64,000 bases of DNA from Candidatus Thorarchaeota archaeon (GCA_003345545.1 PRDH01000021.1:1-64000), one strand, 5' to 3'; numbered from the stretch's first letter, positions 27,672-38,508 are shown. Program-made: numbers and translations. Notes: generated by a model not told the origin, from the sequence alone.

Positions 27672-29507
27672 CTAGACTGTCCTCTGTAATGCTCGCGGTC
27701 GAATCTGCAGGTCGTACAACGAGTAGTATTTGCCCCTTTTCTGCATCAGGTCTGCATGCCTTCCAGACTCAACAATCTTGCCATGCTCCAACACGACGAT
27801 TCTGTCCGCGTTCACGATAGTCGATAGACGATGTGCAATGACGATAGAAGTTCGTCCTCGCAGAAGTACTCTCATTCCCTTCTGAATTGCATGTTCTGTA
27901 TAGATATCGATGGAACTTGTGGCCTCATCGAGGATGAGGATTCTGGGGTCTGCAAGAAGCACCCTTGCAAAGCTCACAAGCTGCCTCTCGCCCTCGGAGA
28001 GTCGCGCGCCACGTTCACCCACCTCGGTATCTAGTCCCTTGTCGAGATTCTCAATAATCCTTCTTGCTCCGATGGCATCAAGCGCTGCGATAATCTCCTC
28101 CTCAGTCGCATCCTGATGACCATATCGTATATTGTCCCTGACTGTGCCCATGAAGAGAAACGCATCTTGAAGCACAAGGCCAATACGTGAATGGAGCGAT
28201 CGCTGCGTGACTGACCTGACATCGATTTCATCAATCTGAATAGAGCCTCTCTGAACGTCGTAGAATCTATTCAACAGATTAACGATGGTCGTCTTTCCTG
28301 CTCCTGTGTCCCCGACAATCGCAATTGCGTCTCCAGGTTGTATGTCAAGGTTGAAGTTCTCAAGTACTGCAGTCCCTCCAGTGTAACCAAATGTCACGTT
28401 GTTAAAGCGAACATGTCCCTTTATCTCTGGCATTGGCAGCGCGTCTGGAGAGTCCTGAATAGCAGACTCTGTATCCAATATTGAAAAGACACGTTCCCCG
28501 CCAGCAAAAGCGCTCTGAACATCTGTATAGAATTGGGCAATCGTCAGAATAGGTCTGAAGAAGCGGTCGCTGAACTGCACGAACATAACAATAGTCCCAA
28601 TAGTCATCACGGGAGTCAAGACAGGATTAATGTACAGAAAACTCGGGTCTAGGATGAACCAGCTTCCGAAGAAGAGGACTATGGCTACTCCTAACGCACT
28701 GATGAACCGAACCACGGGGAAGAATGCAGCCTGAGCCTTTCCAGCATCGACATTCGACTGATAGTCCGCCTCATTATATCCAGCAAAAATCTCAGCACTC
28801 GTTTTCTCTCTGGCAAAGCTCTTGGTCACCTTTGCACCAGATATGCTCTCAGCGAGGTTGGAAGTGACGGTTGATATGGTCTTTCTCGTGCGTCGATAGG
28901 CCTCTCTCATTACCTTACGGAAATAGACAGTAGTGATGAGAAGGATCGGAATGATAGCAAGTGATACCAATGCCAGTCTGAGGTCCGCGACGAACATAGC
29001 CCATCCAATAGCAAAGACAACAAAGACCTGAGCAAATGTGTTGATCAGCTCTCCACCAAGAAGTTCGCTCATGCGGTCGATATCGTTAGTGAGCCTAGAG
29101 ATTATCCTGCCGCTTGAGGAGTGGTCATGGAACTCTTCTGACATCTCCTGCAGGTGGCAATATAGCTGCTGACGTATGTCATACACTGCTCGCTGACCCA
29201 TGAGAGTCATCAGGTATCCGCTTCCATATGTCGCAATCCATGCGAAGGCCTGCAGGACAACGTAGAGCAATGTTGTGAGAGCGACAGAGTGCATATCACC
29301 ACTTACGAAGTCCACATCTATGGCCTGTCTAAGCACAAAGGGTGACCAGACACTGAGAATGATTGTAACAGCGGTAAGTACTATGACAGTCGCGAACAAC
29401 CTCCTATACGCGAACAGGTACTTCACCATGCGGATGAGGAGGGTGGAGTCTGAATATTCGTAGGTTCGCGCATCTGGATCGTCTGCGCTGTCAAGTGTCC
29501 TACTCAC
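27672..29507 (-). CDS. ABC exporter subunit (TMD-NBD), TM288-like
   Basis: GDTGAGKT, degenerate LSEGE signature, DEATS, IAHR. Start GTG 29507 overlaps the upstream stop. Confidence 0.93.
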   Translation of the reverse strand: MSRTLDSADDPDARTYEYSDSTLLIRMVKYLFAYRRLFATVIVLTAVTIILSVWSPFVLRQAIDVDFVSGDMHSVALTTLLYVVLQAFAWIATYGSGYLMTLMGQRAVYDIRQQLYCHLQEMSEEFHDHSSSGRIISRLTNDIDRMSELLGGELINTFAQVFVVFAIGWAMFVADLRLALVSLAIIPILLITTVYFRKVMREAYRRTRKTISTVTSNLAESISGAKVTKSFAREKTSAEIFAGYNEADYQSNVDAGKAQAAFFPVVRFISALGVAIVLFFGSWFILDPSFLYINPVLTPVMTIGTIVMFVQFSDRFFRPILTIAQFYTDVQSAFAGGERVFSILDTESAIQDSPDALPMPEIKGHVRFNNVTFGYTGGTAVLENFNLDIQPGDAIAIVGDTGAGKTTIVNLLNRFYDVQRGSIQIDEIDVRSVTQRSLHSRIGLVLQDAFLFMGTVRDNIRYGHQDATEEEIIAALDAIGARRIIENLDKGLDTEVGERGARLSEGERQLVSFARVLLADPRILILDEATSSIDIYTEHAIQKGMRVLLRGRTSIVIAHRLSTIVNADRIVVLEHGKIVESGRHADLMQKRGKYYSLYDLQIRPRALQRTV

Positions 29508-31428
29508 TATGCTCACCTCTTGGCGATTCTGCAACTGCAAAGGGGTCTAGTGAAATACTTGCAGCCAGTTCCATCTCTGTGAGTGTTTCGTGGATGTTGT
29601 GGTATAGCCCTCTGCTAGCGATGAGCTCTTCATGACTGCCTTGCTCAACAATCTGTCCCCGTTCCATCATCACTATGAGATCCGCGTTGCGCACAGTGCT
29701 CAATCGATGTGTGATGATGAATGTAGTTCTTCCCCTCATCAAGTTCTCAAGTGCCTTCTGAATGAGTAACTCCGTCTTTGCATCAACAGAGCTAGTGGAA
29801 TCATCAAGTATCAGAATCCGCGGGTTGGCCAGCAGAGCTCGGGCGATTGCAACTCTCTGCTTCTGACCTCCACTGAGAGTGACTCCGCGTTCTCCTATCT
29901 CAGTATCATAGCCTTTCTCAAGGGTCATGATGAAGTCATGAATCATCGCTGCCTTCGCAGCCTCTATCACCTCTTCAAGAGAGGCACCCATCCGACCAAA
30001 TGCAATGTTCTCTCTGATTGTCGTCGAAAACAGAAACGGATCTTGATGCACCATCCCAATTCGTCTTCTGAGGTCGTCAAGCGCATAGTGCCTGATATCG
30101 ATTCCATCAATCTTGATTGCTCCTGGCGGCTCAACAGTCAAAGTTTCACCATCTGTTTCGACCTGGTCATTGACTACTCTGTACTCTTTGCCGCCTATGA
30201 TTACTATTCCCTTGTCATCTATACGATAGCTTCTTCCCTGATAGATGACAGTACTACTGTCATCTACATCGTAGAATCTTGGAATCAGGTTCACCAAGCT
30301 TGTTTTTCCAGATCCAGTCCCCCCCAGCAGGGCAACGATCTGACCCGGTTCCACATGCAGGGACACATCACGAAGGATATAGCTGTCCCCCCTATAACCA
30401 AAAGACACGTTCTTGAAATCGACTGCTCCGACGAATCCGGTGGCATCTACCGGGTACTTTGGATCCATCACCTCATCAATAGCATCAAGAATGTAGAAGG
30501 TACGATCACCTGATGCTGAGGCCCTCTGGTACGTGCCCACTCCCCAGCTTAGGAATCGCGCTGGGAGGAAGAGCATAGTCACGAGCGATACAAATCCGAC
30601 GAACTCACCCAGTGTCAGATTAGTGGTAACAAGAATCGCATATCCGCCGATATAGATTAGAAATCCAACTGCCATGCCGAAAATCGAAGGAAGCATCGGT
30701 TGGAAAAACGCTTCGAGTTTGCCGGCCTGGACTCTTCGGTAAAGAAAGCCTCTGTTCTCTCTCTCTACCCTCAGTGCTTCTCTCTCTTCCGCAGCGAATG
30801 ACCTCACGACCTTGTGTCCCACCACGTTCTCCGCCAAGACCGAGCTGAGCACACCGTATTGATTGCGCGCACTGAGAAACACTGGTCTCACCTTCTTTGC
30901 GAAGGCATAGATGAAAACAATCATCACAGGCACCAATAGGAGCATGTATGCTGTAAGGGTGGTATTCACACTCCACATCACGATGTAGGTGCCAACAAGC
31001 TGCACAGCCCCGACGAACAGAACGCGATAACCCATGTAGAGAAACTCTCTCATAAAGGCGACATCAGTGGTCACACGTGCGAGCAGCTGCCCTGTTTCAT
31101 TCTGATCGTAGAATGATAGATCTTTCTCCATGAGACTCTCATATAGATCCTCACGTAAGGAATAGATTACGTGCTGAGAGGAGATTGCTGACCCATAACG
31201 CCCAAGCATATCGAAGATCGCGTAGAGGATATTGAGACCAATAAAGAGGAGAGTGTACGGGACGAGAAGATCGAGTTGACTCCCAAGGATTACCTGATCC
31301 ACAATCTGAATCGTGACAAGCGGTGTGAGAAGATTGAATGCAGTGCCAATGGCTGATGCAGCAAGGAAACCGAGGAAGAGATTCCTTCTCCTCAAGGCAT
31401 ACCCTGTGAGTCTCCGTATATGACCCAT
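29500..31428 (-). CDS. ABC exporter subunit (TMD-NBD), TM287-like, with NBD insertion
   Basis: GGTGSGKT, LSGGQ, degenerate Walker B DDSTS. Confidence 0.93.
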   Translation of the reverse strand: MGHIRRLTGYALRRRNLFLGFLAASAIGTAFNLLTPLVTIQIVDQVILGSQLDLLVPYTLLFIGLNILYAIFDMLGRYGSAISSQHVIYSLREDLYESLMEKDLSFYDQNETGQLLARVTTDVAFMREFLYMGYRVLFVGAVQLVGTYIVMWSVNTTLTAYMLLLVPVMIVFIYAFAKKVRPVFLSARNQYGVLSSVLAENVVGHKVVRSFAAEEREALRVERENRGFLYRRVQAGKLEAFFQPMLPSIFGMAVGFLIYIGGYAILVTTNLTLGEFVGFVSLVTMLFLPARFLSWGVGTYQRASASGDRTFYILDAIDEVMDPKYPVDATGFVGAVDFKNVSFGYRGDSYILRDVSLHVEPGQIVALLGGTGSGKTSLVNLIPRFYDVDDSSTVIYQGRSYRIDDKGIVIIGGKEYRVVNDQVETDGETLTVEPPGAIKIDGIDIRHYALDDLRRRIGMVHQDPFLFSTTIRENIAFGRMGASLEEVIEAAKAAMIHDFIMTLEKGYDTEIGERGVTLSGGQKQRVAIARALLANPRILILDDSTSSVDAKTELLIQKALENLMRGRTTFIITHRLSTVRNADLIVMMERGQIVEQGSHEELIASRGLYHNIHETLTEMELAASISLDPFAVAESPRGEHSE

Positions 31429-31523
31429 CTGCTCAGCACCGTCGTCATTGAGCTTTCGAACCCTAATGATAAGAGTTGCGAAGGTGACACATTCCAAAAG
31501 GGCTCAAGCCCTGTTCTAGGGCT

Positions 31524-31940
31524 CTAAGAGCAACTAGCAGCGAGCTTTTCTCCGAGGCTGCGACACTCAGCCAGTATGCTCTCTGCAGGATAGTCTTTCG
31601 CCTTGATTGGTTGTTCGCTGACCAGTGTGCCGCCAAGTTCCTTCAGCTTCGCACTGATTTCATCAGGAGCCTCTCCGCTCCACCCATACGATCCGAACGC
31701 TGCTGTTGGCAGCCCGTTGAGTTTTGGCAGTTCTGAGAGTATTCGTTTCACTATTGGAAGAACTCTCGTCATTCGTGTTGAACTCCCGACAGCAAGAGCG
31801 CAGACACCTTCAAGACTGCTGAAGTCCTGAGCATCAACGACAGCGCACTCTCCGCCAGCCAACGTAGCACCCTCGCGTATTGCCTCGGCCATGGCCTTTG
31901 TTCGGCCTCTAGTGCTCTCATAGATAATCATGACTTTCAT
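31524..31940 (-). CDS. Flavodoxin (short chain)
   Basis: IIYESTRGRTKAMA, GSST, AFGSYGWSGEA. Confidence 0.9.
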   Translation of the reverse strand: MKVMIIYESTRGRTKAMAEAIREGATLAGGECAVVDAQDFSSLEGVCALAVGSSTRMTRVLPIVKRILSELPKLNGLPTAAFGSYGWSGEAPDEISAKLKELGGTLVSEQPIKAKDYPAESILAECRSLGEKLAASCS

Positions 31941-32051
31941 CTTGGCTCTCTTGAGGCATCATTGTCATGAAACAAAAGACTATCGAATGGACAGTGCTGA
32001 TGTCACACTACCACTCTCTAGATAAGGAGGAATTCGCACTACAGACCCAGC

Positions 32052-32720
32052 ATGACGACCCAATCAAGGCAAAAGGCCGAAAAAGCATGCGCGGTCCTAG
32101 TTCGCAAGTATGGCAAAGTAGTGAGTCAGCGCAGTCTACCGCCTATTGATGAGCTAGTGATGACTATATTGAGCCAGCATACGTCCGACGCTAATATGTC
32201 CAAAGCCTTCGAGAGTCTGAAGAAGAGATACGACTCGTGGGAACAGGTCCTTGTAGCACCTCAGGATGAACTCGCTGCGATAATCCGTTCCTCAGGGATG
32301 TTCAATCTCAAGGCCAAGCGGATACAGAGTACACTACGAGAGATCAATGAGAGAGTTGGACGACTGGACATATCTCATCTGGAGCGCATGCCTCTGGAAG
32401 AGGCAAAGAAATGGCTCACATCATTACCCGGTGTTGGCCCAAAGACTGCGGCAATCGTCCTGCTGTTCTCCTTTGGAAGACCAACACTGCCTGTGGACAC
32501 TCATGTGTGGCGTGTGACAAAGCGTCTGGGCATAATCGATCAGAATGTGTCACGCGAGCGAGCACATGAACTGCTGGAACAGATTGTTCCCAAAGACTGC
32601 ATCCGTTCCCTCAATAACAATCTGGTGCGCCATGGCCGAGAGATCTGCAAGGCACAACGTCCACAATGTGAAATCTGTTTTCTCAGCGATATCTGTGACT
32701 ACTATGGTAGTATCAGCTGA
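32052..32720 (+). CDS. nth: Endonuclease III (HhH-GPD, 4Fe-4S)
   Basis: ILSQHTSD, LPGVGPKTA, PVDTHVWR, Cx6CxxCx5C. Confidence 0.92.
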   Translation: MTTQSRQKAEKACAVLVRKYGKVVSQRSLPPIDELVMTILSQHTSDANMSKAFESLKKRYDSWEQVLVAPQDELAAIIRSSGMFNLKAKRIQSTLREINERVGRLDISHLERMPLEEAKKWLTSLPGVGPKTAAIVLLFSFGRPTLPVDTHVWRVTKRLGIIDQNVSRERAHELLEQIVPKDCIRSLNNNLVRHGREICKAQRPQCEICFLSDICDYYGSIS

Positions 32721-32799
32721 CCATCTCAGATGTACTCCATTGTTGATTGAAACCTCTACTTCATATACCTTATCAGACCGATTCAATCTGTCTAGGAAC

Positions 32800-33093
32800 A
32801 TGTCCAAATCTAACTGTATTCGAAATGAACCATGGGCAATCCGCTGTCGCGTGGTAAAACAAGAAGGGACCTGTGGTGAAGGTCACTGTGTTGGCGATGA
32901 AGTTCTCTTCAATGGGTCTGAGGTCAAAGGGAAGTTGTGCATTAGTGCGCTGTATTCCATGCTTCCAAAGGTCTATGCTATGATGTATAATGCTCGATTT
33001 CCATGGCTGAAGAATCAGTGTGTTTCTACCCATGCTTGTCCTGATGCACTGAATCCTGTTGTGTTCGAGCTTGTACGGGTTCCTAGGACCTAA
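32800..33093 (+). CDS. TIGR04076-like Cys-rich protein
   Basis: GTC..GH.VGD, LCISAL, FPW, ACPD..NPVVFEL. Confidence 0.8.
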   Translation: MSKSNCIRNEPWAIRCRVVKQEGTCGEGHCVGDEVLFNGSEVKGKLCISALYSMLPKVYAMMYNARFPWLKNQCVSTHACPDALNPVVFELVRVPRT

Positions 33094-33197
33094 GTTCAAG
33101 AACGGTTCCATGAAGAGTCGCATTTCCAGCAGAACAGTGCTCCATCGAGGCAGTGTTCTTAAGTTTAAAATGCGCCCTCCGGATAGAGAGTAGCTCT

Positions 33198-33686
33198 ATG
33201 GCCGACGTCCTCAGATCGAAAAAGGGGCTTGACATCATTCTTGTCATCCTCTCCATAGCCATTTTGTCGATGGCACTCTGGACGTGGGTCACTGCACTCC
33301 CTGTCGCACAAGACGTTGTCTTCCTTGCTACAACAGTCGCACTTGTCATCTCTCTCGTTCTGATAGTGAACGTTTCAATACTTGTCATCCTCAGGCTGCA
33401 GAAACGAGTCTCTCACCTTGAGACATTGGTCATTGGATCCAGCACAGACAATGCAGCTCCTGAACGAGTTGTCGTGGTCACTCTCAACAACACAGAACGT
33501 CGTATCATCAACCAACTTGAAGAGAATGGAGGTCAGATGACACAGGATGATCTCCGAAGAGCCACAGCCCTGAGCAAGTCCACACTCAGTGTTTCCCTGA
33601 CTGCGCTCGAACGGAAGTCTCTCATAAGCAGGGCGGAGAGTGGAAGAACCAAGACTGTTGTGCTCAAGCAACGCGTTGCGAGATAG
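33198..33686 (+). CDS. Membrane-anchored MarR-like HTH regulator
   Basis: Two TMs, then LNNTERRII..L...GG.MTQDDL..AT.LSKSTLS..L..LERK.LI.R...G. Confidence 0.8.
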   Translation: MADVLRSKKGLDIILVILSIAILSMALWTWVTALPVAQDVVFLATTVALVISLVLIVNVSILVILRLQKRVSHLETLVIGSSTDNAAPERVVVVTLNNTERRIINQLEENGGQMTQDDLRRATALSKSTLSVSLTALERKSLISRAESGRTKTVVLKQRVAR

Positions 33687-33865
33687 CCGCTAGACATTGA
33701 TTATTGTCCTTTTGGAACGGTTCTGAACCATGATAACGCTCAAAATCAGGTTTAACACCGTCATAATCTTCTTTTACTGAATGATACGAACCGTTCACTG
33801 AAAATGGCTATTATGAAATGACATACGTGGTAAGGACAGAATCGCTAGGATTCTGGAAGATTGAC

Positions 33866-35656
33866 ATGATGACTAGAACGAGAACGCGACTTGGCACGCT
33901 CTTTCTGATCTCAAGCCTGCTCGTCATGAGCCTTGGAATCAGCACTGCAGCCGCCCCCGTTACTGAACCATATGATAGAACTCAGATTGTGAATCCATTC
34001 ACAGAGATGTTACCCGGCGTCTATGTTGCATCACAGTGGTGGAACGAGACTGGGGACTTGGATACCTCTGATACCCAGCCTGGCTACTTTGTGGAAATCA
34101 ACGGGTCCCGGTACATAGCAGAATACTATGTGGAACATATCAATGGTACTGGCTACATCATAACCGAGAATAGCATATCGAATTGGACCTCTGATTGGTC
34201 GTTCTCGAATCTTCTTGTCGTCGTAGTCCTTGATCCCGATGGATCCTATATGGCTTGGACAGCCAATCAAGGCAATGTCAGTGACCTCTGGAGTATCTTC
34301 TGGTGGCCTGAGGCAGGTGCGCTCACTGGAGATGAGGTATTCATCTACTCCTCGTTCTACTATTCCGAGTACAATTCAAGTTCATACTACTATGCTGAAT
34401 ATAGCTGGCGAAACGAGTATGGTGTGCCAGTAGATCCCAATGATGTGATTCCTTACTTAACTGAAGAATACTCATGGGCCTCTTATATGAACGGCACCTA
34501 CGAGTTCGACTATGACTGGGACTACTGCGGTTTTGGATATGATGTGAACGAGATGTTCAAAACAGAAGCTACAGAGGAGTGGATGCAGCACTACTTCTCC
34601 GGTCTGAGTGTCTTCAATGATACCAATGGCAATGGCAGAATGGATCTCGTCTATGGCGAGGTATCTTATGATTTTGATGAGAACGGGACCATCGACTGGA
34701 CCAACTACGAATTGAACCGGACCGCCTCAGAACTGGTCTACGACTTCTATGCGGACAATGCGGAGATTGGAGAGATAGGTCTTCCCTCTGTGAACTCCGA
34801 TGGTCAGATTGAGTGGAGCGCCGAGGTTGTTGATATTGATGGCAATCTGATGACATCGCAACCGTACGATGTCTGGTTCGGCGGAGTACGTCCTGTTGGT
34901 GGCATCATTGGTAATATGCCCGAAGAAACTGACCCACTGCCTGTCACCATTGACAGTCTAAAGCTCACATTCAAGTTCGAAACTACCGATGCTGCTGCAG
35001 TGATAAAGATAGACCAGTACGTTGGGGACTTCACAGATCCCGTTTCTGGGCTTGTGCCAGCTGAGCTGAATGGACTTGGTCTCACACTCAACTACTGGAG
35101 TTCCTTCTCGGGCTACACGATGACTGGTGAGATACCTGTGGAAACGCTCCCCGTGACTGGCGGTGGAGAGTCTCCAGTCACTGGGACTGACCCTGGTACT
35201 GTGACAGAATGGGTCGAAGCTCCATCAGATACTTTAGAGAGTGACAATGCTCCTGATGGATTCCTTCGATTTAGCCAGGCAAACGATCTCCGGACAATAG
35301 TTGAATTCGGAGGAACCTATGTTCTTGGTAGTGATGGACTGACCTACGATGTCGGCACTGCAGTGATGCCGATGTACTTCTACAGCTACGGATACGAATC
35401 TGGTGCAACATCCACTGACCTGGTCTATTCACTCGACTCTTTTTGGGGTCAGACATACTACTATAGTTCGTGCTACGCAAAGTGGGATGGATACTCAATA
35501 ACCCATGACCCCATCTTCTCAGTCTACCCAATTAGGTCTCCATACTCAGCAAGTGCATTCATCACTGGTCTGATTAGTTCGGCCATTATCATTGGAGTCC
35601 TTGGTGTCGCAGCCATTGTTGTTGTCTGCGTACGCATAGACGCAGAGCGGAAATAA
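33866..35656 (+). CDS. Large secreted acidic/aromatic glycoprotein with C-terminal TM (surface protein)
   Basis: Signal peptide, many NxS/T sites, DTNGNGRMD and DFDENGTID Ca-type loops, C-terminal TM. Confidence 0.8.
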   Translation: MMTRTRTRLGTLFLISSLLVMSLGISTAAAPVTEPYDRTQIVNPFTEMLPGVYVASQWWNETGDLDTSDTQPGYFVEINGSRYIAEYYVEHINGTGYIITENSISNWTSDWSFSNLLVVVVLDPDGSYMAWTANQGNVSDLWSIFWWPEAGALTGDEVFIYSSFYYSEYNSSSYYYAEYSWRNEYGVPVDPNDVIPYLTEEYSWASYMNGTYEFDYDWDYCGFGYDVNEMFKTEATEEWMQHYFSGLSVFNDTNGNGRMDLVYGEVSYDFDENGTIDWTNYELNRTASELVYDFYADNAEIGEIGLPSVNSDGQIEWSAEVVDIDGNLMTSQPYDVWFGGVRPVGGIIGNMPEETDPLPVTIDSLKLTFKFETTDAAAVIKIDQYVGDFTDPVSGLVPAELNGLGLTLNYWSSFSGYTMTGEIPVETLPVTGGGESPVTGTDPGTVTEWVEAPSDTLESDNAPDGFLRFSQANDLRTIVEFGGTYVLGSDGLTYDVGTAVMPMYFYSYGYESGATSTDLVYSLDSFWGQTYYYSSCYAKWDGYSITHDPIFSVYPIRSPYSASAFITGLISSAIIIGVLGVAAIVVVCVRIDAERK

Positions 35657-35669
35657 TCGCTATCTCCTC

Positions 35670-35699
35670 GGGAGCGGGGTACCGCTCCCCCTCTTTTTT
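35670..35699 (+). terminator. GC stem-loop plus T-tract
   Basis: GGGAGCGG-GGTA-CCGCTCCC then CCTCTTTTTT. Confidence 0.75.
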
Positions 35700-36488
35700 C
35701 TATAATCCCTCAAGACATCTTTCGGCATAGTTCTTGGCATCGATGATGTTCCTTCTCTGTCTATGGGAGAGCTCAACGGTGAGGGGGCCTCTATAGCCTG
35801 CATGGTGAAGTGTCTTGACCACCTTTGGAAGGTCAATCTTGCCCTCTCCGGGAACGATATAGTGCCTGTAGCCGTCATCTCCGACCAAGCTACCATCGCT
35901 GTCCCGAAAGTGGATATTGACAATTCGGTTTCCAAAGGTTGTCGTAAGCCACTCGATGTCGGAACCATTGATGTGCATGAACTCCATGTCAAGAGTGACT
36001 CCAAGGAATCTGGTGTCATGTTTTCCTATCTCATCCAGAATTACGAGATCCACACTCTTGATGTACGGAACATTCTCAAGGGCTAGCACGCATCCTGCTT
36101 TCTCTGCCCTGTTAAGGAGCACCTCGAACCTCTTCTCCCACAGGCCACCTGCAAGTTGTTCCTGGTCCGGCAAATGAAGGACTGCCACTTTGAGTTTGAG
36201 AGCCTCTATGAGAGAGAAAGTGGAGGAGACCGCCTCATCAAAGACCATCTCGTCAAATGAAACGAGGAATTTCGGCAGATGAATGGAATAGGCCTTGAGT
36301 GACAGGTCGTCTAGAGATGCTTGGACAGTTTCCCCCAGCCAACTGGGCAGATTGCTGTAGTACAGCTCCACAGTATCATACCCGGCATCCTTCACACGAA
36401 CCAGGGTTCTGATTAGGTTCGCTAAGAGGATCTCTGGTGAGGTTGATGACTTGATTCCTCCTAGGATGGAACATGAGATGAACATCAC
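35700..36488 (-). CDS. Sugar phosphate isomerase/epimerase (xylose isomerase-like TIM barrel)
   Basis: LALEN, LDMEF, NIHFRD, PGEGKID, GYRGPLTVE. Confidence 0.85.
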   Translation of the reverse strand: MMFISCSILGGIKSSTSPEILLANLIRTLVRVKDAGYDTVELYYSNLPSWLGETVQASLDDLSLKAYSIHLPKFLVSFDEMVFDEAVSSTFSLIEALKLKVAVLHLPDQEQLAGGLWEKRFEVLLNRAEKAGCVLALENVPYIKSVDLVILDEIGKHDTRFLGVTLDMEFMHINGSDIEWLTTTFGNRIVNIHFRDSDGSLVGDDGYRHYIVPGEGKIDLPKVVKTLHHAGYRGPLTVELSHRQRRNIIDAKNYAERCLEGL

Positions 36489-36614
36489 AGACTTCTCCTG
36501 TCGTCAAGACATTCCGAGCCTGTCTTATGTCTTCTTGAACGAACAATGCCGCAGGAAACATTCGCATGAGAAAAGCATTTCAACGGTCATCACCCAAGCG
36601 AATCAGGCTAGGAG

Positions 36615-37634
36615 TTGGATGCCGTGCCACGCCGCGTAATGTTACTTGCCATAATGCTGACAATCGTTTTGCTGTCAACGACCACTTTTGTCTCTCAGGG
36701 TTCCCCTATATCGGGCAATTCCAGTCTGGCGTCTTGGCCAGGTGGATTAGTCATCAATCATACCTGTATTGACCTCGATATGATTCCTAGTGAGTGGATA
36801 GACTCTGCTGAGGACAACATTCGTGTCCATTATGCCCATACCAGTCATGGAGGTCAGATAACCGAAGGTCTCTATCTGATTGAATCCGAGAACGCAACAT
36901 TCGATTGTTCCATAGGAGATCAAGTTCTTCCCACCGATACAGATACTCTCTGCATACTGGATGGGAATCCGCCAGAGAGCTACATCATACCTGAGTTGTA
37001 TTGGCACGAAGCAAGCGCTCGGGCTATCACTCAAAGCACAATCAACAACAACCCGACATTGACCATATCACTCTGGTCCTGGTGTACCCAAGTCGATTCG
37101 TACTCAGAGACTGAAGTTCAGGAGTATCTAGATGCCATGAGTCTTCTTGAGTCTGCAAACCCCAATATCACTTTCATCTACATGACCGGCAACGCTCAGG
37201 CGACCGGTGACGGTGGCTACAATCGATGGTTGCGGAACGAGCAGATACGGCAGTACTGTCTGGACAATGATAAGATTCTGTTCGACTTTGAAGACCTTGA
37301 CTGCTGGAGCGATGGTGTCCATAGCACCTATGACTTCGTCGTAGGTGAAGAAACCCTCAAGATTCCTGTGGAGCACCCAGACTTCAATGGCGACGAGGCA
37401 GCTCATACCACCTATACCAGCTGTGAACAGAAGGGAAAGGCCTTCTGGTGGCTCATGGCCATGCTTGCGGGCTGGAATGCTCCTGATCCGACCACGACTA
37501 CTACCACTACGGGCACATCATCGACATTCACGAATACTGGGCCACTGCTCACCGGTGATGTCCTTCTCTACACCGGTGTGGGAGGTGCCATTCTTCTTCT
37601 TGGCTATGCCATATTTCGAAGATATCGCGGTTGA
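36615..37634 (+). CDS. Secreted SGNH-like hypothetical protein with Thr linker and TM anchor
   Basis: Signal peptide, YAHTSHG, WSWC, YMTG, LFDFED, poly-Thr linker, TM+RR. Confidence 0.7.
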   Translation: MDAVPRRVMLLAIMLTIVLLSTTTFVSQGSPISGNSSLASWPGGLVINHTCIDLDMIPSEWIDSAEDNIRVHYAHTSHGGQITEGLYLIESENATFDCSIGDQVLPTDTDTLCILDGNPPESYIIPELYWHEASARAITQSTINNNPTLTISLWSWCTQVDSYSETEVQEYLDAMSLLESANPNITFIYMTGNAQATGDGGYNRWLRNEQIRQYCLDNDKILFDFEDLDCWSDGVHSTYDFVVGEETLKIPVEHPDFNGDEAAHTTYTSCEQKGKAFWWLMAMLAGWNAPDPTTTTTTTGTSSTFTNTGPLLTGDVLLYTGVGGAILLLGYAIFRRYRG

Positions 37635-37695
37635 AGCAGTTGGACACGTGCTAAGGTTTAAATGTTCAATATAGTTAACGCCTGCGGGATTTTTC

Positions 37696-38499
37696 ATGAC
37701 AGACAATTTCAAGAATTTCCAAGTCATAAACGTCATCGCCGTAGTGTTCACTATCGTGATGAATGCTCTTGCTAACATCCTGCCCTTCAATGGTGTGACC
37801 ACGGGTACGGTTTCAGACTCGTATCCGAACTATTTCACTCCGCCGGGATATGTCTTCTCCATCTGGGGTGCCATCTATGTCCTTCTTTTCGTCTTTGTAT
37901 TCTACCAGGCGAAGAAGAGCCAGGTGAATGAAACATATCTTGGCAAGATTGGTTACCTGTATCTAATCGGTGCAATCTTGAATGTGGCATGGCTGATTCT
38001 GTTCCACTATTCCTACGGAAACACTCCTCTATTAGTGTTGAGTGAGTTCCTAATCATAGGCTTCCTAGTAGTCCTGCTCCTTACCTATGTCAGACTTGGG
38101 ATAGGAATCAAGGAGGTTTCTCTCAGACAGAAGCTGGCAATCCATCTTCCTACGAGTGTCTACGTGGGATGGATTTCACTGGCCACCATTGCGAACACTG
38201 CGTCGGTTCTCAATGCCTATCTGACAATAACTGTAGATGTTCAGGTCCTCTGGACCGCCTTGGTTCTGGTTGTTGCACTTCTGCTCTCCACACTGATGAT
38301 AGTATTGAGAAGGGACATAGCCTATGGTCTTGTTGTGATTTGGGCATCCGTGGGCATTGCATCAAAGTGGATATCGATTCCATTGATCTTCAATACCGCT
38401 ATCATCGTTGCAGTTGTTGTTGCACTGCTCATTCTGATAGTACCCATTATCAGGAAGAAGAACTGGGTTGATTACTACCTCGTTCGAAGACTCGAGTAA
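37696..38499 (+). CDS. TspO/MBR-related tryptophan-rich membrane protein
   Basis: NALAN.LP.NG, FTPPGYVFSIWG.IY, YVGWISLATIAN. Confidence 0.8.
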   Translation: MTDNFKNFQVINVIAVVFTIVMNALANILPFNGVTTGTVSDSYPNYFTPPGYVFSIWGAIYVLLFVFVFYQAKKSQVNETYLGKIGYLYLIGAILNVAWLILFHYSYGNTPLLVLSEFLIIGFLVVLLLTYVRLGIGIKEVSLRQKLAIHLPTSVYVGWISLATIANTASVLNAYLTITVDVQVLWTALVLVVALLLSTLMIVLRRDIAYGLVVIWASVGIASKWISIPLIFNTAIIVAVVVALLILIVPIIRKKNWVDYYLVRRLE

Positions 38500-38508
38500 G
38501 CAGTTCTA

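Noticed and set aside
30125-30265. Mini-intein in the ABC NBD
   Set aside because: Too short, and lacks the N-terminal C/S and C-terminal HN motifs.
33100-33796. LexA (Cheo) SOS boxes
   Set aside because: The spacer is 1 nt rather than 4 nt, and LexA regulation is not expected in archaea.
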